Of a stretch of DNA of 64,000 nt, positions 1-8,837 are shown one piece after another; position 1 is the stretch's first letter, and each line of letters begins with the position of its first letter. Source of the DNA: Candidatus Omnitrophota bacterium (GTDB taxonomy: Bacteria > Omnitrophota > Gorgyraeia > Zapsychrales > Fredricksoniimonadaceae); contig JAGWOI010000001.1 of assembly GCA_028870995.1 (NCBI GenBank), forward strand, positions 26,273-90,272. The letters run 5' to 3'. Under the pieces are notes generated by a model, which saw only the letters and a list, made by a program, of their open reading frames with translations, searched no databases and had not been told where the DNA came from. The position numbers and the translations under genes are program-made.

Positions 1-498
1 CACGGCTCCATTTATGTGGTCATGAAAACCGAAGGGGAATTCCATGACCGGGCCAGGGGCTGGGTCAAGAATTGCATCATCTTTTTTGTGATCATGTACG
101 TGATTTTGACCATGGCCACCCTTTTATATGTGCCCCACATGGTGGCCAATTTCCAGAAATATCCCGTGCTGTTCTTTATCCCGGTGGCTAATCTCCTATT
201 GATCGCCAATGTACCAAGGGAAATTTATCATAAAAGGGATTTTATGGCTTTCCTATCGTCCTGCGGGGCCATCGTTGTCCTTATGTTCCTTCTTGGTTTC
301 GGCATTTTTCCCAATCTGGTCCTTTCGAACCCGCATCCTGAATTCAGCCTGAATATCTACCAGGATTCATCCTCGCTTAAAACCCTGCAGATCATGCTGG
401 TCATCGCCCTTATAGGCATGCCGGTGGTCCTTGCTTATACGCTGAGCATCTATTGGATCTTCCGCGGCAAGGTCAAGTTGGATGATCACAGTTATTAG
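1..498 (+). CDS. cydB: Cytochrome bd ubiquinol oxidase subunit II, C-terminal fragment (5' end lies outside the window)
   Basis: The open frame runs off the window start. The protein is a polytopic membrane protein whose C-terminal block PVVLAYTLSIYWIFRGKV...HSY matches the conserved CydB tail pattern (LLYT..YW.FRGK). Confidence 0.6.
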   Translation, partial: HGSIYVVMKTEGEFHDRARGWVKNCIIFFVIMYVILTMATLLYVPHMVANFQKYPVLFFIPVANLLLIANVPREIYHKRDFMAFLSSCGAIVVLMFLLGFGIFPNLVLSNPHPEFSLNIYQDSSSLKTLQIMLVIALIGMPVVLAYTLSIYWIFRGKVKLDDHSY

Positions 499-512
499 TA
501 CAAAGAATTTTA

Positions 513-920
513 TTAGATGCTTTGCGGAGGGGCGCAGGGTTTAAGCTGCGTGTCTATCCTGCCGATGTGGTCCACCAGCCAGGTTTCCAGGAAATGGTGC
601 AGTTCGATGATGGGCTCGTCCTTGGTTTCATCACTTTTAATCTTTTCTTCCAAGGTTTTGAATTTTTGGATGAATTTTTCGTGGGCTTCCTTGTTTTTGG
701 TCGCAATAGGGCAGGCAAACCGGTGCATGCAAGTCTCCTCGTGGCCGAAATGGACCTGGATGTATTTTTTTAGGTAGATCAGGGTCTCGTCGATGATTCG
801 GGGTGAGAGGGCATTATCCTCGATGGCCTTGCCCAGTTCGTTGGTGCATTGGAAAAGGGCCTTGTGCTGCTTGTCCAATTCAGCCACACCTGTGGAGTAG
901 GATTCCTGCCAGAGGATCAT
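513..920 (-). CDS. Bacteriohemerythrin (hemerythrin HHE cation-binding domain protein)
   Basis: 135 aa. N-terminal W-x-x-S/Y-S-x-G-v-x-x-D-x-QH-k-x-L and a later HF-x-x-EE-x-x-M motif typical of bacterial hemerythrins. Convergent with cydB. Confidence 0.7.
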   Translation of the reverse strand: MILWQESYSTGVAELDKQHKALFQCTNELGKAIEDNALSPRIIDETLIYLKKYIQVHFGHEETCMHRFACPIATKNKEAHEKFIQKFKTLEEKIKSDETKDEPIIELHHFLETWLVDHIGRIDTQLKPCAPPQSI

Positions 921-1064
921 AATTCACATCATACTCCGGTTGGGGGTGGTTGAAAGCACATTTTTGTTTTTTAAGTAAATTTACGTAGGCGCTTGCGCAG
1001 TTTTAAGCATTGCGCGAGCCAAAAGATGATGTTATCATGACATTTCAAAACGGAGAGGGTTAGC

Positions 1065-1781
1065 ATGAATTTTTTAGTCCTTTCATTAGCGATACTTCTG
1101 TTGACAGGCTGCAGTGGACAACAGCAACCCCGCCACTATACGGAGGTGGTTTCCCAAACACCTCAGGCTCGGACAGTACCTGCTCCTGTTCAAAAACCGG
1201 CGGATAACCCGCATGCCGGACTTAACATGGGGGCTAATCTGACACCGGATGCCCGTGCTAATTTGCAAAAAATGATGGCCGAAGGACAGGACCCGCATTC
1301 GGGCATCGACATGTCCGCCTTTGCGGGCGGCAGCAACGGCCCGGCTGAGCCCAGCCCCTATACATGGTCTATTCCTAAGGGTTGGAAGCAGGGGCCTGCC
1401 AAAATGATGCGCCTGGCCTCATTCTATAAGGAAGGCGACCCTGATGCCGTCGACTGTTCCATTGTGGTCCTGCCCGGCACAGCAGGCGGCGAAGAAGCCA
1501 ATATCAAGCGCTGGATGGGGCAGGTTGGCATTGATCTTTCGGATGCCAATTATCAAAAACTTCTTGGCAGTGCTCAAACCATCCAAACTCAGGGGGGCTT
1601 GCAGGCCAAGGTTTATGATTTGACGGCCCTGTCCGGTGCCGCCGGCAAGTCCATGATCGCTGCGATGATCTCAACCAACGGGACCACTATTTTTGTCAAA
1701 ATGACCGGTGTCGGTCAAGCCGTCAAACAAAACCAGGCACAATTCCTTGAACTATTGAAATCTCTGGCTCCCAAAAACTAG
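1065..1781 (+). CDS. Hypothetical lipoprotein
   Basis: Signal peptide with lipobox LLLTGC (Cys at position 16). No recognisable domain. Sits immediately upstream of ccsB. Confidence 0.55.
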   Translation: MNFLVLSLAILLLTGCSGQQQPRHYTEVVSQTPQARTVPAPVQKPADNPHAGLNMGANLTPDARANLQKMMAEGQDPHSGIDMSAFAGGSNGPAEPSPYTWSIPKGWKQGPAKMMRLASFYKEGDPDAVDCSIVVLPGTAGGEEANIKRWMGQVGIDLSDANYQKLLGSAQTIQTQGGLQAKVYDLTALSGAAGKSMIAAMISTNGTTIFVKMTGVGQAVKQNQAQFLELLKSLAPKN

Positions 1782-1784
1782 ATC

Positions 1785-2885
1785 ATGTTAAAACTTCTTA
1801 GTTCAGTCCGCATCACCGTCGTTTGCCTGTTCCTGCTTTTTGTCCTTACTTTTTGGGGGACCATGGCCCAGGTGCAGCAGGGGTTGTACGCGGCCCAGGA
1901 GCGTTTTTTTGCCTCCTTTTTCTTTTTGGCCGGAGGGTGGTTTCCTTTCCCGGGCGCTCAGCTGGTGCTTTGGATTTTGTTCATCAATCTGGTGGCCGCC
2001 TTAATCACTCATTTTAAGAAACAGAGCGGCTGGGCCTCCATCGGCGGCAAAATCACCCATATTGGACTTATCCTTTATTTTGCCGCAGCCTTCTTTATTT
2101 TCCATCTTTCCAGGGAATCTTATGTGCATTTGGGAGAAGGCGACAGCACCAATGTTTCCACCTCCTATACGGAATGGGAATTAGCGTATTGGCAGGAGCA
2201 GGGCGCTTCCAGGCAGGTCACCGCACTCGACAGCAAAAATTTTAAACCAGGGGACAGGGTGGCGTTCAATAATCCTGACTTCACGCTGCGCGTGGCGCAA
2301 TATTATCCTAACTCTGATGCCTATGACAACGGCAGCAGTCCCAAACCGGCCGGTATCATCAGCCTTGATGCCATCAGCCATATCGCAGGCAAACCCATGG
2401 ATAAAGAAAGAGAAAAGAATATCGCCGGCGGTGTTTTTGATCTGAGCTTCGGCGGCAAGTCCCTCACCCTGCTGCTTTTTGGGGCCGAGACCAACCCGAC
2501 CCGGGTGGCCATCAATGGAAAAAATTATTATTTTATCCTGCGGCATAAAACATTCCCGCTGCCTTTTGCCTTGAAACTGGACCGTTTTAAAGTTGCATTT
2601 CATCCCGGGACCGATATGGCCAAAAGTTATCAAAGCTGGGTCACCATCACCACCGGCTCTCTCACCCGGCAGGTGCGTATTTATATGAACAATCCGTTGC
2701 GTTATAAAGATTACACCTTGTACCAGGCCTCCTACGATACAGATCCCCAAGGCAGGCAATATTCGACGCTGGCCGTGGTCAAAAATTCGGCCCGGCTGCT
2801 GCCGTATATCTCCTGCCTTTTGGTGTTTTTAGGCTTGGCGTTGCATTTTCTTACTCAGGCTATTATCACGAAATTAAGATTATGA
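1785..2885 (+). CDS. ccsB: Cytochrome c biogenesis protein, system II (ResB/CcsB-like)
   Basis: 366 aa. N-terminal TM helices, a periplasmic loop and a C-terminal TM helix. ITHIGLILYF-type helix as in ResB. Followed by ccsA with a 4-nt overlap. Confidence 0.65.
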   Translation: MLKLLSSVRITVVCLFLLFVLTFWGTMAQVQQGLYAAQERFFASFFFLAGGWFPFPGAQLVLWILFINLVAALITHFKKQSGWASIGGKITHIGLILYFAAAFFIFHLSRESYVHLGEGDSTNVSTSYTEWELAYWQEQGASRQVTALDSKNFKPGDRVAFNNPDFTLRVAQYYPNSDAYDNGSSPKPAGIISLDAISHIAGKPMDKEREKNIAGGVFDLSFGGKSLTLLLFGAETNPTRVAINGKNYYFILRHKTFPLPFALKLDRFKVAFHPGTDMAKSYQSWVTITTGSLTRQVRIYMNNPLRYKDYTLYQASYDTDPQGRQYSTLAVVKNSARLLPYISCLLVFLGLALHFLTQAIITKLRL

Positions 2886-4744
2886 AAACCAGATCCATTT
2901 TTTTAAGTTTAATCGTGTGCCTATGCTTGACGCCCACAGCCATGGCCCAGGAGGGCAAATTTTTAGACCATTTTAAGGGCATTCCGGTGCTGCAGGAAGG
3001 CCGCCTTAAACCCCTGGACACCTATGCGCGCAATCTGTTGATCCAGTTCTCTGGAAAGGACAGTTATGATCACGCCCCGGCAGCTGCTTGGCTCGCCAAA
3101 CTTTTGTTCACGCCGTTCCATGCCGCTGATGACAAGGTGTTCTTGATCAATAATCCCGAAATCGCAACGGCCTTGAACATCAAACCCGAAGCCGGGCGCC
3201 GTTACAGTTTCGCTGAATTAAAAGATGCCTTCCCCAAATTAGTGCAGTTAAAAGAGGAAGCCGCCAATATCGATGAACGCCAGCGCACCCTGGTGGAGAA
3301 TGAGATCATCCGGGTGGCCCAGAACGTGGAGCTTTACATTGATTTCTCCGAGGATTTCCTTTGGGCTTATCCTGACCAGGATTTTACCATCACCTCGCCT
3401 GAAATCAAAAAACAGTTGGGGCTTCCCCAGGACCAGAACCAATTCAGTTTTATTGATATGGCTTTTAATGCCGGTAAAATCAAAGATTTAATGCTGGGGC
3501 TTAAAAATAAATCTAAAGAACAGATTTTAGGGCCGCAACTTGAGTTGATGTCCGCGGTCAACAACATGGTCCATTGGACCAAGGATTATCAAAATTTGCC
3601 TTTTGAGGTGATTCCTCCGGCAGAGGGCAATGACTGGTTAAGCCCGTGGGACGCCATATCAGGTGGACTTTCCGAAGGTCAAAGGAAACTTATTGGGCTT
3701 TGGTATCAAATGGCCCAAGCCTATGCCGCAGGGAATTTCATCGATTTCGACATGGCTGCTCAATCTTATTTAGGGGCGGTGAAAGAAAATCTCAAGCCAA
3801 GACAGTTGAATATCATCCGCAAGTTTCCTCTGGAAATGACCTATGAAGCAGCCAAGCCGTTCTTGTGGGCCAGGATTTTCTATATTCTTGCTTTTATATT
3901 TTTTATCATCTCCTTTACCTCATCTAAAAAGGTCTGGTATGTTTTGGGGCTTTTATCCGTAGTGGCAGGTTTTATCCCGCATACTCTTGGGCTTGTGGCG
4001 CGGATTATCATCATGGCCAGGCCGCCGGTCACCAATCTTTATGAGACCTTTATCTTTGTCGGATTTATCAGCGTACTCCTAGGGCTTGGCATCGAGTATT
4101 TTAACCGGCGCTGGCTGGGCCTCGTTACGGCCGCCATTTGCGGCACCATCCTTTTATTCATTGCCGGGAGGTACAGTGCTGAAGGCGATACCCTCAAGAT
4201 GCTGGTGGCGGTCCTGAATTCCAATTTTTGGCTGGCGACCCATGTCACCACCATCACTATGGGTTATGGCGCCACGTGTGTGGCCGGGATATTGGGTCAC
4301 ATTTGGCTTATCCAGGCGAGCTTGGGCAAGAAGCGAGAGGTCCTGGATAATACGTATAAAACCACCTTGGGGATCATGGGGGTGGCGTTGACTCTGACAT
4401 TTTTAGGGACCAACCTGGGCGGCATCTGGGCCGACCAAAGCTGGGGCCGGTTTTGGGGCTGGGACCCCAAGGAAAATGGGGCCCTGATGATCGTGCTTTG
4501 GCTGGCGATCCTGTTCCATGCCAAGTTTGCCATGATGATCGATGATTTCGGCCTGGCCATCGGGTGTGTGATCAGCATGATGGTGGTCATGTGGGCCTGG
4601 TTCGGGGTGAATTTGCTGAGCATCGGCCTTCATTCTTATGGATTTACTTCGGGGATCGCCAATGCCCTGATCATATACGCCGCCGGAGAAATTGCGTTTA
4701 TCATCCTTACCGCTACATTAGTGATCCGCCGCAGATCTACGTAG
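2882..4744 (+). CDS. ccsA: Cytochrome c-type biogenesis protein CcsA/ResC (haem lyase, WWD domain) with a long N-terminal periplasmic extension
   Basis: 620 aa. Signal peptide, about 330 aa periplasmic region, then a polytopic domain with the tryptophan-rich WWD motif WGRFWGWDPKENGALMIVLWLAILFHAKF. Confidence 0.8.
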   Translation: MKTRSIFLSLIVCLCLTPTAMAQEGKFLDHFKGIPVLQEGRLKPLDTYARNLLIQFSGKDSYDHAPAAAWLAKLLFTPFHAADDKVFLINNPEIATALNIKPEAGRRYSFAELKDAFPKLVQLKEEAANIDERQRTLVENEIIRVAQNVELYIDFSEDFLWAYPDQDFTITSPEIKKQLGLPQDQNQFSFIDMAFNAGKIKDLMLGLKNKSKEQILGPQLELMSAVNNMVHWTKDYQNLPFEVIPPAEGNDWLSPWDAISGGLSEGQRKLIGLWYQMAQAYAAGNFIDFDMAAQSYLGAVKENLKPRQLNIIRKFPLEMTYEAAKPFLWARIFYILAFIFFIISFTSSKKVWYVLGLLSVVAGFIPHTLGLVARIIIMARPPVTNLYETFIFVGFISVLLGLGIEYFNRRWLGLVTAAICGTILLFIAGRYSAEGDTLKMLVAVLNSNFWLATHVTTITMGYGATCVAGILGHIWLIQASLGKKREVLDNTYKTTLGIMGVALTLTFLGTNLGGIWADQSWGRFWGWDPKENGALMIVLWLAILFHAKFAMMIDDFGLAIGCVISMMVVMWAWFGVNLLSIGLHSYGFTSGIANALIIYAAGEIAFIILTATLVIRRRST

Positions 4745-4788
4745 AATTTCGTATTTTTATATTTCCTTCCTTCCCCTATACTTTAGAT

Positions 4789-5577
4789 ATGATTAATCCT
4801 TTTAAATTCCTTTATGGTCCCGTGTATTCATGGAGACTGGGAAAATCGTTGGGCATCGACCCATTATCCGGTTCTGGAAAAATTTGCAATATGGATTGTG
4901 TCTATTGCCAGCTGGGGAAAACCAGCCGTTTGACGGAAACCAGGAAAGAATTCGTGCCCACGGCGGATTTGATGGAAGAAGTACGCCGGCTGCCGCTTTT
5001 TTTTGTTGATTATCTGACCTTTTCAGGCCGGGGAGAGCCGACCCTGGCCAGCAATCTGGGCGACATGATCCGCAGTATTAAGAGCTGCCGGCATGAGCAT
5101 GTGGCGGTGATCACCAATTCTTCTTTGCTGTATCAGAAGGACGTGCGGGAAGATCTCCAAAAGGCTGATTTTGTGCTGGCCAAATTGGATGGCGCCAACC
5201 AGCAAACATTTCAGGCCGTGGCCGGGACCCCTTTGGAGCTGGATAAGGTGTTGGGCGGCATTTTTGATTTCCGCCGGGGATTCAAAGGGAAATTCGCCCT
5301 GCAGATCATGCTGATCGATGATAACCTGGACAATGTCCAACAGTTAGCCGCTGTTGCCGCTGAACTTTCCTGCGATGAAGTGCAGCTTAACACCCCATTG
5401 AGGCCCTGCGCCATCCAACCCCTCGAGCGTCCGCAGATCCAAAACGCCAAGAAGTTCTTTCAGGGGCTGCCGGTGGTGACCGTGTGGGACGCCCCGCCGC
5501 AAAGCTACACGCCGTTTAACCACCAAGCCACCGTCAAGCGACACGGCAACTTTGTCAAAACTAGGTATGGTGTTTAA
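4789..5577 (+). CDS. Radical SAM domain protein of unknown specificity
   Basis: CNMDCVYCQ (CxxxCxxC) cluster motif 30 aa from the start used here. Start placed at ATG 4789 (MINPFKFLYGPV...) because the ORF-track start at 4564 overlaps the ccsA 3' end. GRGEPTL glycine-rich SAM motif present. Confidence 0.6.
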   Translation: MINPFKFLYGPVYSWRLGKSLGIDPLSGSGKICNMDCVYCQLGKTSRLTETRKEFVPTADLMEEVRRLPLFFVDYLTFSGRGEPTLASNLGDMIRSIKSCRHEHVAVITNSSLLYQKDVREDLQKADFVLAKLDGANQQTFQAVAGTPLELDKVLGGIFDFRRGFKGKFALQIMLIDDNLDNVQQLAAVAAELSCDEVQLNTPLRPCAIQPLERPQIQNAKKFFQGLPVVTVWDAPPQSYTPFNHQATVKRHGNFVKTRYGV

Positions 5578-5607
5578 AAACGCCGGTGGTATAATTGACC
5601 TTAAATT

Positions 5608-6675
5608 ATGCCGATGCCTGGTTCCTTTTTCCAACGATATGCCTTAGAGAAGACACTCAAGGAGTTGGCGGACATTAAGTTCGCCCTTGATGTGTCTTCG
5701 ATCGTGGCCATTACCGATCAAACGGGAAAGATCGTTTACGCCAACGACAAGTTCTGCGAGATTTCCAAGTACTCCCACGAAGAACTGCTCGGCCAGAATC
5801 ACCGCATCATCAATTCCGGTTATCATCCCAAGGAATTTTTCCGTGACCTGTGGCGGACCATCGCCCAAGGCAAGGTATGGACAGGTGAGATCTGCAACCG
5901 CGCCAAGGACGGATCGATTTATTGGGTGGATACCACGATTGTTCCCTTTCTAAACGATAGGGGCAAGCCGTTCCAATATGTTTCCATCCGCAACGAAATA
6001 ACCCAGCGCAAATTGATGGAAGATGAGATCAAGGCGATCCCCCAGCGCATCATCCAGGCCCAGGAGAGCGAAGCTAACCGCATCGCCAGGGACATCCACG
6101 ATGATTTGGGGCAGTCGCTGGCCACCTTAAAAATACTTATCCAATCCGCATGGATGCCGGATGTAAAGAATTTCCCTCAAGAGAAGAAAGACCATGAGAA
6201 GATCATCAACTATTTGAGCAGCATCATTGAAAAATCCCGCAACCTGGCCATGCGGTTGAGGCCTTCAACGCTCGACACCTTAGGGCTGACGACGGCCCTA
6301 AAGCTCATGTTCACCGAGATCAACCGCTCCAAGTCCTTGAAGGTAGAGTTCAGACATAATAAGATCGATCACTTGAAGTATGATTCTGAAGCCATTAATA
6401 TTTACCGTATCGTCCAGGAGGCTATGGGCAATTGTATCAAGCATGCTTCGGCCAGCCTGGTCAAGATTGATCTGCGTCTTGTCAAGGAGCGGTTAAAGAT
6501 CCGGATTACGGACAACGGCAAGGGTTTTGTCGTAACGGGAAAATCCAGCGGTTTGGGGCTGGTCACCATGAAGGAGAGGGTCATTCTTTTAGGGGGGGAC
6601 ATTAAAATCCAATCAGTGCCTAAAAAAGGCACCACTATTTCCATCAACATTCCAGTGAGGGGTAAAAAATCATGA
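5608..6675 (+). CDS. PAS-domain sensor histidine kinase, HisKA_3 (NarX/DegS) type
   Basis: N-terminal PAS fold. H-box IHDDLGQSLATLKI. C-terminal HATPase_c G-boxes (DNGKGF, GLGL). Confidence 0.8.
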   Translation: MPMPGSFFQRYALEKTLKELADIKFALDVSSIVAITDQTGKIVYANDKFCEISKYSHEELLGQNHRIINSGYHPKEFFRDLWRTIAQGKVWTGEICNRAKDGSIYWVDTTIVPFLNDRGKPFQYVSIRNEITQRKLMEDEIKAIPQRIIQAQESEANRIARDIHDDLGQSLATLKILIQSAWMPDVKNFPQEKKDHEKIINYLSSIIEKSRNLAMRLRPSTLDTLGLTTALKLMFTEINRSKSLKVEFRHNKIDHLKYDSEAINIYRIVQEAMGNCIKHASASLVKIDLRLVKERLKIRITDNGKGFVVTGKSSGLGLVTMKERVILLGGDIKIQSVPKKGTTISINIPVRGKKS

Positions 6676-7316
6676 GCGCTATCCGGGTCATATTGGCCGA
6701 TGATCATGCCATGCTGAGGTCAGGCTTAAGGGGTTTATTGGAGAAAAACCCTGATTTTAAAGTCGTCGGGGAAGCCGGCAACGGTGAGGTCCTGCTGGAC
6801 AAATTAAAAAGCACCAAGGTCGATTGCGTTGTTCTGGATCTGTCCATGCCCCTGATGGACGGTCTGGAAACCCTCAAGGAACTGCGCCAGCGCCACCCCA
6901 AGCTCAAGGTCCTGATACTGACCATGCAAAAAGATATCGACCATTTCAAGTACGCCATGGCCCACGGAGCCAACGGCTATGTCCTTAAAGACGGGGCTTT
7001 TGAACAACTGGTCATGGCCATCAAGATGGTCATGAAGGGCAAAAGTTTTGTGTCACCGGCGATTTCCGAATATATAACGGAGCAGTATGTGCGCTCCATC
7101 GAGGCGAGCGACGTTCCCTCCCTGGAAATCCTTACTAACCGCGAGAAACAGGTTCTAGCCCTTATCGTCAAGGGAGCGGCCAACAAAAACATCGCCTCTT
7201 CCTTGAAAATCAGCATCAGGACCGTCGAAACCCACCGTAGCCGCCTCATCCACAAATTGGGCATCAAGACCGCTGCCGGCCTGGTCAAATACGCCATGGC
7301 CAAGGGTCTGATTTGA
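6672..7316 (+). CDS. NarL/FixJ-family response regulator (receiver + LuxR HTH)
   Basis: RVILADDH...LDLSMP receiver motifs. C-terminal LuxR-type HTH (LTNREKQVLALIVKGAANKNIASSLKISIRTVETHR). ATGA overlap with the kinase gene. Confidence 0.85.
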   Translation: MSAIRVILADDHAMLRSGLRGLLEKNPDFKVVGEAGNGEVLLDKLKSTKVDCVVLDLSMPLMDGLETLKELRQRHPKLKVLILTMQKDIDHFKYAMAHGANGYVLKDGAFEQLVMAIKMVMKGKSFVSPAISEYITEQYVRSIEASDVPSLEILTNREKQVLALIVKGAANKNIASSLKISIRTVETHRSRLIHKLGIKTAAGLVKYAMAKGLI

Positions 7317-7436
7317 CCCCTCCGTCCTTCCTTAAGTGTTACTACGTACGGCCTTAAGTAGTTCACCCCATTCATATTTTCTCCTTTTGAGATTATCCTG
7401 TAAGTAGTTGAAGTGCCGTCTAAAAGGGTAGGATTT

Positions 7437-7814
7437 ATGACCGCTATATTGATCGTGGAAGACCATAAGGAATTCCGCGAGGCCATCAAAAAATTCATCA
7501 TCATGAAAGGCGTCAAGGCCGATATCCTGGAAGCCATGACCGCGGAGGAGGCCATGGGTATCGCCTCCTCCCATCGCCCCAAGGTCGTCATCATCGACAT
7601 CCATTTAACCAAAGGTGTCAGCGGCCTGGAGCTGGCTTCATCCATAAAGGCCAAAGACCCGTCCTGCAGCATCATCCTGTTGACCATGTATACCAACCAG
7701 GACATGAAACATCTGTGCAAGACCAAGGACGTGGAAGACTTTATCGATAAAAGCGACCTGGATGTCCGCCTGGTGCCGGCGATCAACCGTCTTTTAGCCC
7801 TGGAGAGGGCATAG
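7437..7814 (+). CDS. Stand-alone CheY-like receiver domain protein
   Basis: ILIVEDH...VVIIDIHL receiver signature with no output domain. Start taken at ATG 7437, which has an upstream AGGG. The overlapping 297-aa minus-strand ORF 6977..7870 is judged spurious. Confidence 0.65.
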   Translation: MTAILIVEDHKEFREAIKKFIIMKGVKADILEAMTAEEAMGIASSHRPKVVIIDIHLTKGVSGLELASSIKAKDPSCSIILLTMYTNQDMKHLCKTKDVEDFIDKSDLDVRLVPAINRLLALERA

Positions 7815-7829
7815 AGATTTCCCCAAAAA

Positions 7830-8837
7830 ATGAAGCTGGCAAGCTTGCATAACAAGATCCTTTTCAGCATGGTATCTTTGCTGCTGTTGCTGGGCTTTTT
7901 TATATGGCTGGTGACCCAAACTTTTTTGTTATCGCTTAAGACCAGCGTTTTCCAGTCGCTGCATTCGCTGCATTTGCTGATGCTGACGACGACCTTGGGG
8001 TTTGCCTTGCTCGGGATATTCCTGGCCTTTTACCTGTCGGGTCTCATCACCAAACCACTTTCACAGCTGGTCCAGGGGATAGAGGCGATCAAGAAGGGGG
8101 ATTTCTCAGGAAGGATCGATATCCGGACCGAAGACGAGATCGGGGTTCTGGCCGGTGCTTTCAATGAAATGAGTGACCGTTTGAACCTGCTTATCAGCGA
8201 GGTGACGGCCCTTGCCAAGTTCCGCGAGAGGGAGAAGATAGCCCTGGATTTCCATGACGGCTGCGCCCAGGACCTGGTCAGTCTTTTAAAAAGAATTGAA
8301 TTGTGTGAAAAACTGGTTGAGGCCAGATCTCCGGAGGCGCTGGTGGAATTGGGACTTTTGAGGGACTATACCAAGAATATTTTGACCTCCACCCGGAACA
8401 TGATCTGTGATTTGAAATCGAAGGAAGATTTCGAAGTGCCGTTGGTGGAGAAAATCAGCGGTTTCCTGAAGGATTATGAAAGGATCAATGGTTGTAAAGT
8501 CGCTTTCAACGCTTCGGGGCCGGTGACGGCCCTTTCATCGGACCAAAATGAACATTTATTTTATATCATCACGGAGGCCTTGAGCAATATAAGGAAACAC
8601 AGCAGGGCGCAAAAAGTGACGGTAAATATTAAATCCAGTTTGCAACACCTTGAAGTTACGGTGAAGGACAATGGCAAGGGTTTTGATGTGGCCGCAGAAA
8701 ATGCGGATGATCCCCATCGCAGGAAATTCGGCCTGATGGCGATGCGCCATAGGGCCCAGGCGATAGGCGCGCGGTTAAACATCCAGTCGACCATCGGCCG
8801 GGGAAGCGAAGTGGGCTTGGAGCTAGGAGTTAAATAA
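7830..8837 (+). CDS. Membrane sensor histidine kinase (HAMP + HisKA_3 + HATPase_c)
   Basis: Two N-terminal TM helices, a HAMP-like linker, H-box LDFHDGCAQDLVSL and the DNGKGF G-box. Confidence 0.8.
   Translation: MKLASLHNKILFSMVSLLLLLGFFIWLVTQTFLLSLKTSVFQSLHSLHLLMLTTTLGFALLGIFLAFYLSGLITKPLSQLVQGIEAIKKGDFSGRIDIRTEDEIGVLAGAFNEMSDRLNLLISEVTALAKFREREKIALDFHDGCAQDLVSLLKRIELCEKLVEARSPEALVELGLLRDYTKNILTSTRNMICDLKSKEDFEVPLVEKISGFLKDYERINGCKVAFNASGPVTALSSDQNEHLFYIITEALSNIRKHSRAQKVTVNIKSSLQHLEVTVKDNGKGFDVAAENADDPHRRKFGLMAMRHRAQAIGARLNIQSTIGRGSEVGLELGVK

Noticed and set aside
4564-4788. ORF-track 5' extension of the radical SAM gene overlapping the ccsA 3' end
   Set aside because: The extension overlaps the ccsA C-terminal coding region in another frame and encodes a His/Arg/Gly-rich stretch. 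The internal ATG at 4789 sits after a plausible promoter region and directly precedes the radical SAM core.
6977-7870. 297-aa minus-strand ORF overlapping the orphan receiver gene
   Set aside because: The plus-strand frame encodes an unmistakable CheY-like receiver domain. The minus-strand translation is low-complexity with no motif.
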